A stretch of DNA of 64,000 nt from Candidatus Latescibacterota bacterium. Its GTDB lineage: Bacteria > Latescibacterota > UBA2968 > UBA8231. A program made the translations under genes and the position numbers. The number at the start of each line of letters is the position of its first letter. The first letter of the stretch is position 1. The notes below the pieces were generated by a model. That model was given only the letters and a program-made list of their open reading frames with translations, was not told the DNA's origin and did not search any database. Where the stretch lies: contig OZ241362.1 of NCBI GenBank assembly GCA_965200315.1, positions 4,288,001-4,352,000 of the forward strand. Direction: 5' to 3'. Shown here piece after piece: positions 46,385-55,381 of the stretch.

Positions 46385-47467
46385 ATGAGCCAATACAAAG
46401 CCGTCCTCATCGGCTGCAGCCGCATGGGGGCTTTCATCGACAACGAAGTTCCGGCCGATATGCGCCCGTACTCCCACGCCGCTGGGTACGAGGCTTGTGA
46501 GCGCACGGACCTCGTCGCCTGTTCGGACTTACGCCCCGAGGTGATGGAACGGGTCGGCGCGCGCTACGGCATCCCCGTGGACAAGCAGTACACTGACTAT
46601 CGCGAAATGCTCGCCCGCGAAAAGCCGGATATCGTCAGCGTCGCCACTCAGCCCGAGCACCGCGCCGAGATCGTCATTGCGGCAGTCGAAGCGGGTGCCC
46701 GCGCCATCTACGCGGAAAAAGCGTTCTCGGCCTCGCTGGAGGAAGCCGACCGCATGGTCGAAGCCTGCCAGCACCACAACATCGCGCTCAACATGGGCAC
46801 CAATCGCCGCTTCTATCCCGGCTACGACCAGATGAAAGCCGTCATCGACTCCGGGGAAATCGGCGCGTTGCAAACCCTCATCATTCACCAGACCAGTGCG
46901 CTGTTCAACGGCGCCAGCCACAGCTTTGACCTGCTCCAGCGCCTCAACTCCGACGCCCCGGCCGCTTGGGTACAGGCGCATTTGCCCAATGGCGACGAGA
47001 TCATCGACGGCCATATCCTGCGCGAGGACCCGACTGGGCACGGCATGATCCAGTTCGCCAATGGGGTTACTGCGTACGCGCTCAATTCGGGTCGGGGATT
47101 GGAAGTGGAGGCCGTCTGCGAAAAAGGCGTGGTGACGGCATTGGGCAATGATAGGGAGTGGCAGTTGCGGGCACCGGTAGCACGCGATCACCGGGGCCGC
47201 AATAAACTGGGCTTGGTGGAATTCCCTGCTTTCGAGCACCGGGCTTCAACGCTCTGCTTGGTCGAGGATTTGGTCCGCGCACTTGATACGGGCGAGCCTC
47301 CGCGCGGCGGTGCCGAGCTGGCGCGGGCTAATACCGAGCTGATTTTCGCGTTTGTCGAGTCGCACCAGCGCGGCGGTGCCCGCGTAGAGTTGCCGCTTGA
47401 CGGGAGCAAGTATCGACTAGAGCGGGATCGCGGGCCGAGGCAGCCCAAGTACGAGCCGGATGCTTAG
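46385..47467 (+). CDS. Gfo/Idh/MocA oxidoreductase
   Basis: LIGCSRMG, YTDYREML...PDIVSVAT, YAEKAF; AGGAG RBS. Confidence 0.88.
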   Translation: MSQYKAVLIGCSRMGAFIDNEVPADMRPYSHAAGYEACERTDLVACSDLRPEVMERVGARYGIPVDKQYTDYREMLAREKPDIVSVATQPEHRAEIVIAAVEAGARAIYAEKAFSASLEEADRMVEACQHHNIALNMGTNRRFYPGYDQMKAVIDSGEIGALQTLIIHQTSALFNGASHSFDLLQRLNSDAPAAWVQAHLPNGDEIIDGHILREDPTGHGMIQFANGVTAYALNSGRGLEVEAVCEKGVVTALGNDREWQLRAPVARDHRGRNKLGLVEFPAFEHRASTLCLVEDLVRALDTGEPPRGGAELARANTELIFAFVESHQRGGARVELPLDGSKYRLERDRGPRQPKYEPDA

Positions 47468-48459
47468 GTCCTCAGAGCACGACCGTCGGTTATGCCACAG
47501 CCCTTGAACAAGGTCCGCTGCACGGCGCGGTCGTGCGCGAGGGCAAAGTCCGGCGTCTTTTCGCCGCGGATGCACGCGGCTAGCTCCCGCAACAAGCTCG
47601 GCGGGGCCGGCCCCGGATCGAGCTCCACGTCCTGCCACTCGCCGACTTGGTACCCCTCGGTTTCCTGAGCCAAGAAGACGCGCAGCTTGTTCGAGCCAAT
47701 CGGCTCGTGCAACAGGGTCCCTTGGGTTCCGTGGGCCTCGATCCGCCGGTCCATGCCGATCTGCATGGCGGTCGTGTCCACGATGCCGATTCCATCTCGA
47801 CACTCGTGGACGACCACCGCGTTATCGACTTCGGCCCGCTCCCCGTAGTGCTTGCCCAACACGCCGCGGACGGCCACTGGCTCGCCCATCATCGCCACCA
47901 TTAAATCCACCAAATGCCCGGCCATCTCGAAGTAAACGCCGCCGTGATAGGCGGTAAACTCCCCGTATAGCTGCTTGTGCCAGTTGATCGGTTTGGGAAT
48001 GTGCCCGCGATACATAAAGACCTGCCCTAGGGAGCCTGATCCGACCAAGCGCAACATTTCGGCCACCGCCGGATTGTAGCGCCACATATAGGCCATTTGC
48101 AGCATCAATCCCGCGTCCTCGGCGAGCTTGTGCAGCCGCTCCAATTGGGCTAGATCGACGCCGGCCGGCTTCTCCAACAACACGTGCTTGCCGGCGGCGA
48201 GCGCCCGCTCGGCATAGTCGAGGTTTTGATATACGTGTCCTTCTACGACCACGGCCTCCGCTCGGCTGTTTAACACATCCTCGACGGAGGCAAAAACTGG
48301 AATCCCGTATTCCGCCCACCGCTCCAGATTCTGCTGAATCACTGCGGGATCGGCATCGTACATCCCCACTAGCTCCACTTCGTCCGGCCTTGCCGCGGCC
48401 TCCCGCACGTGCATGGCTGCGTGACTGTGCCAAGCACCTAGGAATGCAAACTTCAACAT
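47464..48459 (-). CDS. Gfo/Idh/MocA oxidoreductase
   Basis: AFLGAWHSH, ALAAGKHVLLEKPAG, EMAGHLVD. Confidence 0.88.
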   Translation of the reverse strand: MLKFAFLGAWHSHAAMHVREAAARPDEVELVGMYDADPAVIQQNLERWAEYGIPVFASVEDVLNSRAEAVVVEGHVYQNLDYAERALAAGKHVLLEKPAGVDLAQLERLHKLAEDAGLMLQMAYMWRYNPAVAEMLRLVGSGSLGQVFMYRGHIPKPINWHKQLYGEFTAYHGGVYFEMAGHLVDLMVAMMGEPVAVRGVLGKHYGERAEVDNAVVVHECRDGIGIVDTTAMQIGMDRRIEAHGTQGTLLHEPIGSNKLRVFLAQETEGYQVGEWQDVELDPGPAPPSLLRELAACIRGEKTPDFALAHDRAVQRTLFKGCGITDGRALRT

Positions 48460-48473
48460 GTGTTTGTTTCTCC

Positions 48474-49235
48474 TTACCAGCTATCCACAAATTCGTCCAC
48501 GCCAAAGCCGGCGGGCATTTCGCTGTTAAAGGTGCGCAGGGGCCGGGATTCAAAGTTCGGCGGATCGGCTGCGGGCCGCAGAGAGGCGTACATGTCGCTG
48601 TAGTGCTGGTGGACGCGGGCCTCGTCTTGCTGCAACCGCTCGTTGAGCGCGGCCAAGCGGCTTTGCAGGGCCTCGGCCTCGGCAACGGTAAAACGCCGTG
48701 CCATGTCCTCGGCGTAGTACGCGGGTGGCGATCCGTCGACTAGCGGTTTGCGTTCTTGCACGGACATCTGGGCGATCTCTGGTCGGTGTAGGAAGACGAC
48801 CTTGTTGGCGATCCGGCACAATAGGACCACGCTCACCATGCGGCCGAACTCGCCCGGGTGCAGCTCGGCCAAGCAGGTGCGGAATTTTGGCTCGTCGCGG
48901 GCAATTAGTGCGCGGAAGAGCGTCTCAATCTGGTCGCGTTCCTGATCGTAGCACTCGGTCCAGTGGGCAAACTGGGCCTCGGCCGCGGGCGAGAGGTATT
49001 GCCGGAAGCCGTTGGTCTCGGCGTCAATCGAATTTATGTTCAGCCGCGGATGGATTTTTTCGTACCAAGCACCACCGAGCGGATCGCCGGGTTGGCGTGC
49101 GGCCGCGGAGCGCACCTTTTCTCGGTCCACCATCCACTCGATGGCGAGCCGCATCGCGTCCAACCGCTCGGGCGGCACTACGTGGCGCAAGATCAGATAG
49201 CCTTGGCGGCGGAATTGTTGCAGATCGACGGGCAT
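48474..49235 (-). pseudogene. PhyH-like protein apparently lacking its catalytic core
   Basis: N-terminal QFRRQGYLILRHVVP typical of PhyH, but no HxD or PGSH motifs before the C-terminal region. Confidence 0.45.
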
Positions 49236-49336
49236 GACGTTCTCCTATGGCAATCCTACGCCATTGATAAGATAATCCGCAGGTGGACGCAGATGGACGC
49301 AGAATAGCAGAAACAAGACAATTCGCCGCTCCTATA

Positions 49337-50743
49337 TCAGTTGGGAGACCGCCGTGAGGCTTGTTCGATCAAGAGTCGGTCCTGCTGGCTTTGTCGCACC
49401 TGTGCCTCTATCGCGACCGGGTCCCACTCGGACAACAGCCGCTCTTGCAGGTCGGCTAAGGTGGCCGCGTGGGCTGGATGGTCCGCTAGGTCGTCGAATT
49501 CGTTGGGGTCGGCCTCTACGTCGAATAGCTGGGGTGGGTCCCCCAAGCTGTAGTGGAGCTTGTAGCGGCCGCGGCGCAACATGGCCGTGGGCCGCTTCAC
49601 GCCGTGGGCGAGGTATTCGGAAAATGCTTCGTCCTTCCAGTTTGCGTCTTGCCCTTGCAGCAATTTCAGCAGGCTATCGCCGTCCAGCGGACCTGCGCTG
49701 GGCGCGTCGGCCATGTCGACGATGGTCGCTACTAGATCCACTAGCGACACTACTTCGCTGATGCGCCGACCGGCTGGGATATGTCCGGGATAGACCATTT
49801 GCAGCGGCACCCGTGCGGACGCCTCGTACATGCTCGACTTCCGCCACATGCCGTGCTCGCCGTTCATTTCTCCGTGGTCGCTGAAGTGTACTATGAGCGT
49901 GTTGTCGCGCTGTCCGGTTTCCTCTAGGACGGCGAGTAGGCGGCCGATCTTCTCGTCGAGATAAGTAATGAGTCCGTAGTAACCGGCGCGGGCGCGGCGC
50001 ACTTGTTGTGCGGGAAAATCGACTCCCCCGAACATGGCCCGCATCCGCTGGTGGACGGGGTGCTGGCTTTCGAGGTGGCCGGGGGGAATCTCCGGCATGT
50101 CGATTTGGTCGAGGGGATAGAGGTTGAAAAACCGCTCGGGCACTACGAGTGGAAAATGCGGCGCAATAAACGAGACATTCAGCGCCCAAGGCCGCTCCTT
50201 GCGGGCCGCATCGCGTAGATACGCCAACGCTCGTTCCTCCACCAGATCATCGACTTCTATCTCCAAGGTCGTCCCCGGCCCGGCCTCGGCAACCCCACCC
50301 CAAGGCTTGTCGGCTGGTGGCGTACCCTTGCTCCAGTCGGGCGTGCCGCGCAGGACGCCATCTTTGGTCCACAGTTCGGCGTGCAAATCGCGCGCTAGCT
50401 GGGCGCGGAAGCCGTGCAGTTGGTCGGGGCCGCAAAAGTGCTGTTTGCCCGAGAGGACCACATCGTAGCCAACGGCGCGCAGCCGATGCGCCCAAGTGAC
50501 CGCATCCGACGGCAGGGGGCTGGCGTTGTCAAAGGCCCCGATCTGGTTGATGTAGCGGCCGGTCATAAACGACATCCGCGACGGCAGGCAGAGTGGAGAG
50601 TTGCAATAGGCGTTGGCAAAGGTCGCGCCCTCGGCGGCCAATTGATCCATACAGGGCGTCTGCACAAGCGGATGTCCGTAGGGGCCGCTGTACATGGGCG
50701 CGTGCTCGTCGGTCATAATGAGCAGGATGTTGGGGCGGTTCAC
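49337..50743 (-). CDS. Sulfatase (choline-sulfatase-like)
   Basis: PNILLIMTDEH, CLPSR (CxPxR), GKQH, FSDHGEM...WRK; GAGGAG RBS before GTG 50743. Confidence 0.9.
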   Translation of the reverse strand: MNRPNILLIMTDEHAPMYSGPYGHPLVQTPCMDQLAAEGATFANAYCNSPLCLPSRMSFMTGRYINQIGAFDNASPLPSDAVTWAHRLRAVGYDVVLSGKQHFCGPDQLHGFRAQLARDLHAELWTKDGVLRGTPDWSKGTPPADKPWGGVAEAGPGTTLEIEVDDLVEERALAYLRDAARKERPWALNVSFIAPHFPLVVPERFFNLYPLDQIDMPEIPPGHLESQHPVHQRMRAMFGGVDFPAQQVRRARAGYYGLITYLDEKIGRLLAVLEETGQRDNTLIVHFSDHGEMNGEHGMWRKSSMYEASARVPLQMVYPGHIPAGRRISEVVSLVDLVATIVDMADAPSAGPLDGDSLLKLLQGQDANWKDEAFSEYLAHGVKRPTAMLRRGRYKLHYSLGDPPQLFDVEADPNEFDDLADHPAHAATLADLQERLLSEWDPVAIEAQVRQSQQDRLLIEQASRRSPN

Positions 50744-50806
50744 GGGTTGCTCCTCGGGGGTGTTGAGTGCGGGTGGCGACTCGGAAGATAAACCAACCGC
50801 CCGCAC

Positions 50807-51235
50807 TCAGCCACCGGCCCGGACGCCGAGGCCGTGGACATAGACCAATTCGCCGCCGCAGTACCCCGTCCACAAAACCAAGCCACCGATCACGACGCCG
50901 ACGGCGGTCCACGCATAGAGCGGCCATCCTGCCAGCCGCCCCTTCAGATGCAAGGGCAAGCGCCCGAGAACGGCACCCAACCCCAGCAGCAAGGTCCAAG
51001 TAGCGAGGGATTCGTGCGTGGCTAGCGGCTCGGCGGCTGGCCCGTCCCAAGCCTCGGTTGCGGCCGCATTGCCGCTGAGCACGGCGGCGGTCGCTGATAG
51101 TACGCCTAGCACCAGCAAGGCGTAGGCGAGGTGGTGTCCGGCGCGGCGATCTAGCCACAGTGCGCCTAGATCGCACAGTGGGCTAAGCGACAGGAGCGCG
51201 ATGGGGTAGTGGACGATGAAGGGATGCCAATCCAT
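50807..51235 (-). CDS. DUF2231-like membrane protein
   Basis: HPFIVHYPIALL...TGYCGGELVYVHG. Confidence 0.8.
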   Translation of the reverse strand: MDWHPFIVHYPIALLSLSPLCDLGALWLDRRAGHHLAYALLVLGVLSATAAVLSGNAAATEAWDGPAAEPLATHESLATWTLLLGLGAVLGRLPLHLKGRLAGWPLYAWTAVGVVIGGLVLWTGYCGGELVYVHGLGVRAGG

Positions 51236-51543
51236 AGTAGCAGTGGTTAGTGGTAGGGGCAGGGGAACGGACTGCGAAGACAGCACGAGGCATTTTGAGA
51301 AGGCTGCTAACGCTAGAACACCCGCTCGAAACGGTTCTTGCCAAGATCGCATTAAGGTGGGTTTTTAACAAACAAGAAACGCAAGCGACCACATCAGAAG
51401 CAGTCTGAGAACGCTAGGGGCCATTCCCCACGGGCAGCCTTGGGATGGGCGGGCGTCGCGCCCGCAAAAAACGGAGCCTCTTGACTACGGAGCAACGCAG
51501 TCCGACGGGGTTTTCAGACCACTTCTCAAACAGGAGAACGACC

Positions 51544-52839
51544 ATGGCTACGGACTTGTGCCAACACATCGCAAACACGCTGCTGATCGACACCCATGAG
51601 CACCTGCGCAAGGAGCACGACTGGGTCGAGAACGGCCCGGACATTTTGCAAGACCTTTTTGGCAACTACGTGCCCGCCGACCTGATTGCGGCCGGCGCTA
51701 CTCCCGAGGACCTGCACAAGCTCAACGACGCTTCCGACCCGGACTTGGGAGTGCGCTTTGACCGCATCCGCTCGGCCTTTGCGGCCATCCGCTTCACTGG
51801 CTACGGCGAGGCCGTGCGCATCCTCGCGCACGCGGTCTATGGCATGGCCGATTTTAGCGAAGACGAGTTGCACAAGGCGCAAGAAAAGCTCAGCGCTTGG
51901 CGGCAGCCCGGCGGGCGGCACGAGCTGCTCAGCCAAGTAGGCCGGCTGGACCACGTGCAGACCGACGACTTTTCTTGGCCCTGCCTGCCCGACGAGTCCG
52001 GCGTGGACTTTTTCCTCTACGACTTGTCGTGGGCCACCTTTTGCAACGGCCAAGTCGATGCCGAGGCGATTGAGCGGGAAACGGGCGTGGCGGTCACCGA
52101 CTTGGCGAGCCTCAAGCAGGGTATGGAGGCGATTTTCGCCGCGCATGGTCCGGGGGCCATCGCGGTCAAAGCGCAACACGCGTACAATCGCACGCTGCGC
52201 TGGGAAGAGCGCGCCGACGCCGACGCCGAGCGCGTGCTCCAACGCCTGCTTCAGGGCGCGGCGCTCGACGAGCCGAGCCGGTTGCTGTTGGGCGACTGGT
52301 GCTGGGCGCGGGGCACCGAACTGGCGATCGAATACGAGTTGCCGTTCAAAATCCACACCGGCTACTATGCTGGCAACGACCGCATGCCCGTCGATCGCAT
52401 CAAAAGCGGCAACCTCTGCCCCTTGCTGGCCCGCTACCTCGATTGCCGCTTTGTGTTGATGCACATTGCCTATCCCTATTCCAACGAATTGGTCGCGCTG
52501 ACCAAGCACTACCGCAATGTGTACGCCGATCTCTGCTGGGCGTGGTCGATTGACCCGTATAGCTCGTGCGACTTTGTGCGCCGCTTTATCCACGCGGCTC
52601 CGGCGTCCAAGCTCTTTGCCTTTGGCGGCGACACTGGTTGGCCGACTAGCTCGGTAGCCTACGCGATTCAGGCGCGGCGCTGGCTCGCCCGCGCCCTGCA
52701 AGGCGAGATAGACGACGGCCTGCTGACCGAGGCCGAAGCTATCGAGTTGGCGACCCGCTTCATGCGCGGCAACCAAGAGGCCTGTTTCGACTTGGCTGGG
52801 ACGCGGCAGGTGCTGCGCCGGTCGCTTTCAGCCGCTTAG
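51544..52839 (+). CDS. Amidohydrolase family protein
   Basis: IDTHEH, KIHTG, LMHIAYP, FAFGGD; CAGGAG RBS. Confidence 0.85.
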   Translation: MATDLCQHIANTLLIDTHEHLRKEHDWVENGPDILQDLFGNYVPADLIAAGATPEDLHKLNDASDPDLGVRFDRIRSAFAAIRFTGYGEAVRILAHAVYGMADFSEDELHKAQEKLSAWRQPGGRHELLSQVGRLDHVQTDDFSWPCLPDESGVDFFLYDLSWATFCNGQVDAEAIERETGVAVTDLASLKQGMEAIFAAHGPGAIAVKAQHAYNRTLRWEERADADAERVLQRLLQGAALDEPSRLLLGDWCWARGTELAIEYELPFKIHTGYYAGNDRMPVDRIKSGNLCPLLARYLDCRFVLMHIAYPYSNELVALTKHYRNVYADLCWAWSIDPYSSCDFVRRFIHAAPASKLFAFGGDTGWPTSSVAYAIQARRWLARALQGEIDDGLLTEAEAIELATRFMRGNQEACFDLAGTRQVLRRSLSAA

Positions 52840-52920
52840 GTTGCGCCAGGGTAGATCGGTTGGCGAGAAGAACGGAGCCGACAGAACAGGTCGCGTCGCC
52901 AGTAATCGGAGACAGCAAGT

Positions 52921-52978
52921 ACCGTCATTCCCGTGGAAGAACGTCACCCCGTGCCCCGACACGGGGCGGAAATTCAGA
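52921..52978. repeat. REP-like element with nested palindrome
   Basis: CGTCATTCCC...GGAAATTCAG enclosing CCCCGTGCCCCGACACGGGG; related in opposite orientation to 4241-4268. Confidence 0.55.
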
Positions 52979-53188
52979 GTGGTCAAGAGCAAACGCGATC
53001 TAAGAATGTGTCGCTTCGTATGACCGATTACTTGTCTCGTTTTTTCCATTTATAAGTAATTGTTTTCAAATAACTAATATAAATTAGTATCATAAAAAAG
53101 CATAAAAAATGTCAGCAATTTTGACAAGAAAAATGACAGCGGTGTCCGGCGTGCTTGACCTATTGAGACCTGCACGGGAGGCAAACAG

Positions 53189-53510
53189 ATGAAGAAGGAA
53201 CAGATGGTCGGCACTAGGCTCCCCTCGGAGTTGGTCCGCGAATTAGCGTTTATCGAGGAGGTTGAGCAGTCCGATCGCTCAACTACTGTGCGCCGGCTAC
53301 TCTCGAAAGCGATCCAGCAATGGCAGCTTGAGCACTACGTCCGGCTGTATGGAGATGGAAAGCTCACGCTGGCGCGAGCTGCGGGCGATGCTGGAGTCTC
53401 CTTGTGAGAAATGATGGATTATGCCCGTGCCAGATGCCTGCCCAATACGATATCGAAGAGCTCCAGCGCGACTTGGGAACCATCCACGGAAGTCTGGACC
53501 AATAAATTAT
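53189..53510 (+). pseudogene. RHH/UPF0175-like antitoxin with premature stop
   Basis: MVGTRLP...DRSTTVRRLL...GKLTLARAAGDAGVSL-TGA-EMMDYAR continues past the stop (likely TGG to TGA). Confidence 0.65.
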
Positions 53511-53754
53511 AGCAGTCTGGAATGATTTAAGAGCATGGAACGTTCATCGGCACCGTCTTCTCTGAGTTACCTGCCTGTAGGCCGACGGGCGAGACGCCCT
53601 CGGGTAGTGCGTCAGTTTGAAATTCGACCCTAAAAGATTAAAAATAGGTACAGATGTTGCCTTAGGTGCTGCTAATTTTTTCTTGCACCCTTCTATCCTA
53701 TCCAGTACTTTCCAAGTACACCTCCGCAGGTGAATCAACGGAGAGTAGAGACCA

Positions 53755-53949
53755 ATGGCCACCACCCGCCCACCGACCTCGCTTCCGGTCCGCCGTCCTG
53801 CACGTCGAAAAGCCGATGCGGTTGGCTCTGCCGTCGAGATTGGCCAGATCGCCACCCGCCAGAAGGCCGATCCTTACCCCATAGATCAATCTGAGTCTGT
53901 GCTACACGCCCTTTGTAACGAAGAAAAAAAGCGGAAAAATTCAAACTGA
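53755..53949 (+). CDS. Small basic protein inside the element
   Basis: GGAG RBS; RRKADAVGSAVEIGQIAT; its stop lies in an internal IR-like TTCAAACTGA. Confidence 0.4.
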   Translation: MATTRPPTSLPVRRPARRKADAVGSAVEIGQIATRQKADPYPIDQSESVLHALCNEEKKRKNSN

Positions 53950-53989
53950 AATAGTTGAGTTTACCCTTGTTTTTTCGTAACTTAGGGAC

Positions 53990-54579
53990 ATGAATAGGCT
54001 GCCGCTACACACCCGTAAAATCCTTTTATCTATGCTTGTGGAAGGCATCGTCGATGCGCTCGATTAGCCGGACACTGGATATATCGTTCAATGTTAAGAA
54101 GATGCTAGTAGATAGCGGAACTGTCTGTGCTACTTACCACGAGTAGACGGTTCGCAACGTGTCTGCTCGCCGTGTTGAGTGTGATGAGATATGGTCATTC
54201 TGTTACGCGAAGGGAAAAATCATAGCGACAGAGGGCCGGTTGGGTCTCCCGAGGCCGGGGATGTGTGGACATGGACGCGATAGACCCGGAAACCAAATTG
54301 CTGATTGCTTGGTACGTTGGGGACCGTTCGATGAAGAGCGGAAAAGTGTTTTTAACCTATCTCCGGTTGAGACTAGCTAATAAGGTTCACTTGACCTCGG
54401 ATCAATATGGAGTTTATATCGAGGCCGTCGATGACGTGTTTGGAGCCGATGTTGAGCACCATCAACTTGCCAAATACGCCGAGGGGCCAACGAAACTTGC
54501 AAGCACGTCCCGCGTCGAACGGCATAACCTGACGATGCGAATGGGGATGCGACGATTCACGCGGCGAAAGAGAATGTAA
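53990..54579 (+). pseudogene. IS1-family transposase, frameshifted and truncated
   Basis: MNRLP...SMLVEG, SMRSISR, VECDEIWSFCYAK, AIDPETKL, LTSD, STSRVERHNLTMRMGMRRFTR spread over several frames with stops. Confidence 0.85.
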
Positions 54580-54596
54580 AAGGAGATAACCCCGAA

Positions 54597-54869
54597 ATGT
54601 CCATCTTCGTTGTTGTTCTAAATCAAGAGGCTCCCGAACTCTTTGAGGACAAAATAAATGAGTTATATCCACTTAGTTATAGGTACGCAGATAATGTGTT
54701 TTTTCTTGAGGATGATAATATACCTGAGACCATAGCTAATCGTCTTGGTATAAAAGTAGAAGACGAAAACCAGAGAACGGCTACTGGGGCGGTGTTTGGT
54801 CTCGATGGTTCGTATTCGGGATATACTGCAAAGGCCCTTTGGGACTGGTTGCGGAGGGTAGAAAAATGA
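54597..54869 (+). CDS. Passenger gene, small alpha/beta protein
   Basis: AAGGAG RBS, AT-rich, C-terminal YSGY...LWDWL. Confidence 0.65.
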   Translation: MSIFVVVLNQEAPELFEDKINELYPLSYRYADNVFFLEDDNIPETIANRLGIKVEDENQRTATGAVFGLDGSYSGYTAKALWDWLRRVEK

Positions 54870-55183
54870 GCGACTCTCCAGAGAGAGATATTGGCAGTAA
54901 TCCTCCTGAACCAGGATCGAGAGAAAACGGAGGCCGTAAGGGTGGATTAAATCCTGAACTTGTTGAGCACAGACTTAATCAGATTGAAGGATCTACCAAG
55001 AAAATCGAAGAGGATATTTCTGATCTTAGGGTTTCGGTTGGAAAAATCGAAGAAGGTATGAAGCATGTCGCCACAAGGGGTTGGGTTCTCGGTGGTGTTA
55101 TAGGCGGTATGACTATTGCTGTCGCTATTGCTGGAGCAATACTGAGATTTTGGCCTGTTGTTAGTAGTAGCGGAGGCGGTTAG
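54866..55183 (+). CDS. Passenger gene, coiled-coil plus C-terminal TM helix
   Basis: ATGA overlap with the previous gene; heptad VEHRLNQIE...ISDLRVSVGKIE; WVLGGVIGGMTIAVAIAGAIL. Confidence 0.65.
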   Translation: MSDSPERDIGSNPPEPGSRENGGRKGGLNPELVEHRLNQIEGSTKKIEEDISDLRVSVGKIEEGMKHVATRGWVLGGVIGGMTIAVAIAGAILRFWPVVSSSGGG

Positions 55184-55204
55184 ACTCCAATGAATATCAC
55201 AAGC

Positions 55205-55240
55205 AACCCCCATGCCAAACATGCTGGCACGGGGGTTTTT
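55205..55240 (+). terminator. Rho-independent terminator of the passenger operon
   Basis: AACCCCCATGCCA...TGGCACGGGGGTT followed by a T run. Confidence 0.65.
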
Positions 55241-55381
55241 CGTGTACTTTAGCCCGCCTCAAAAAAATTATTTTCAAACTGACGCACTACCCGCCCTCGC
55301 ACCCATATACGGAAGGAGACGCGAAGGAACAGGTGGTACTTCCGTTTCACTCATGCTGTTATTTCCTCCAAGTCGCGTTCG

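Larger units (their letters stand above)
53603..55291. mobile_element. IS1-family-like element with passenger genes
   Basis: Perfect 20-bp terminal IRs GGTAGTGCGTCAGTTTGAAA (53603-53622, 55272-55291) and 8-bp TSD CGCCCTCG (53595-53602, 55292-55299). Confidence 0.92.

Noticed and set aside
51292-51412. Possible IS/MITE ends (TTTGAGAAGGCTGCTAA and AGCAGTCTGAGAA)
   Set aside because: Match is weak, the arms point outward rather than enclosing an element, and no TSD was found
53405-53407. Second possible Sec/readthrough TGA in the UPF0175-like gene
   Set aside because: The position corresponds to a likely Trp, not Cys; no hairpin seen and a further frameshift follows, so it is a pseudogene
54597-54869. 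Cas2/CRISPR association of the small cargo protein
   Set aside because: No cas genes or repeat-spacer array seen anywhere in the window
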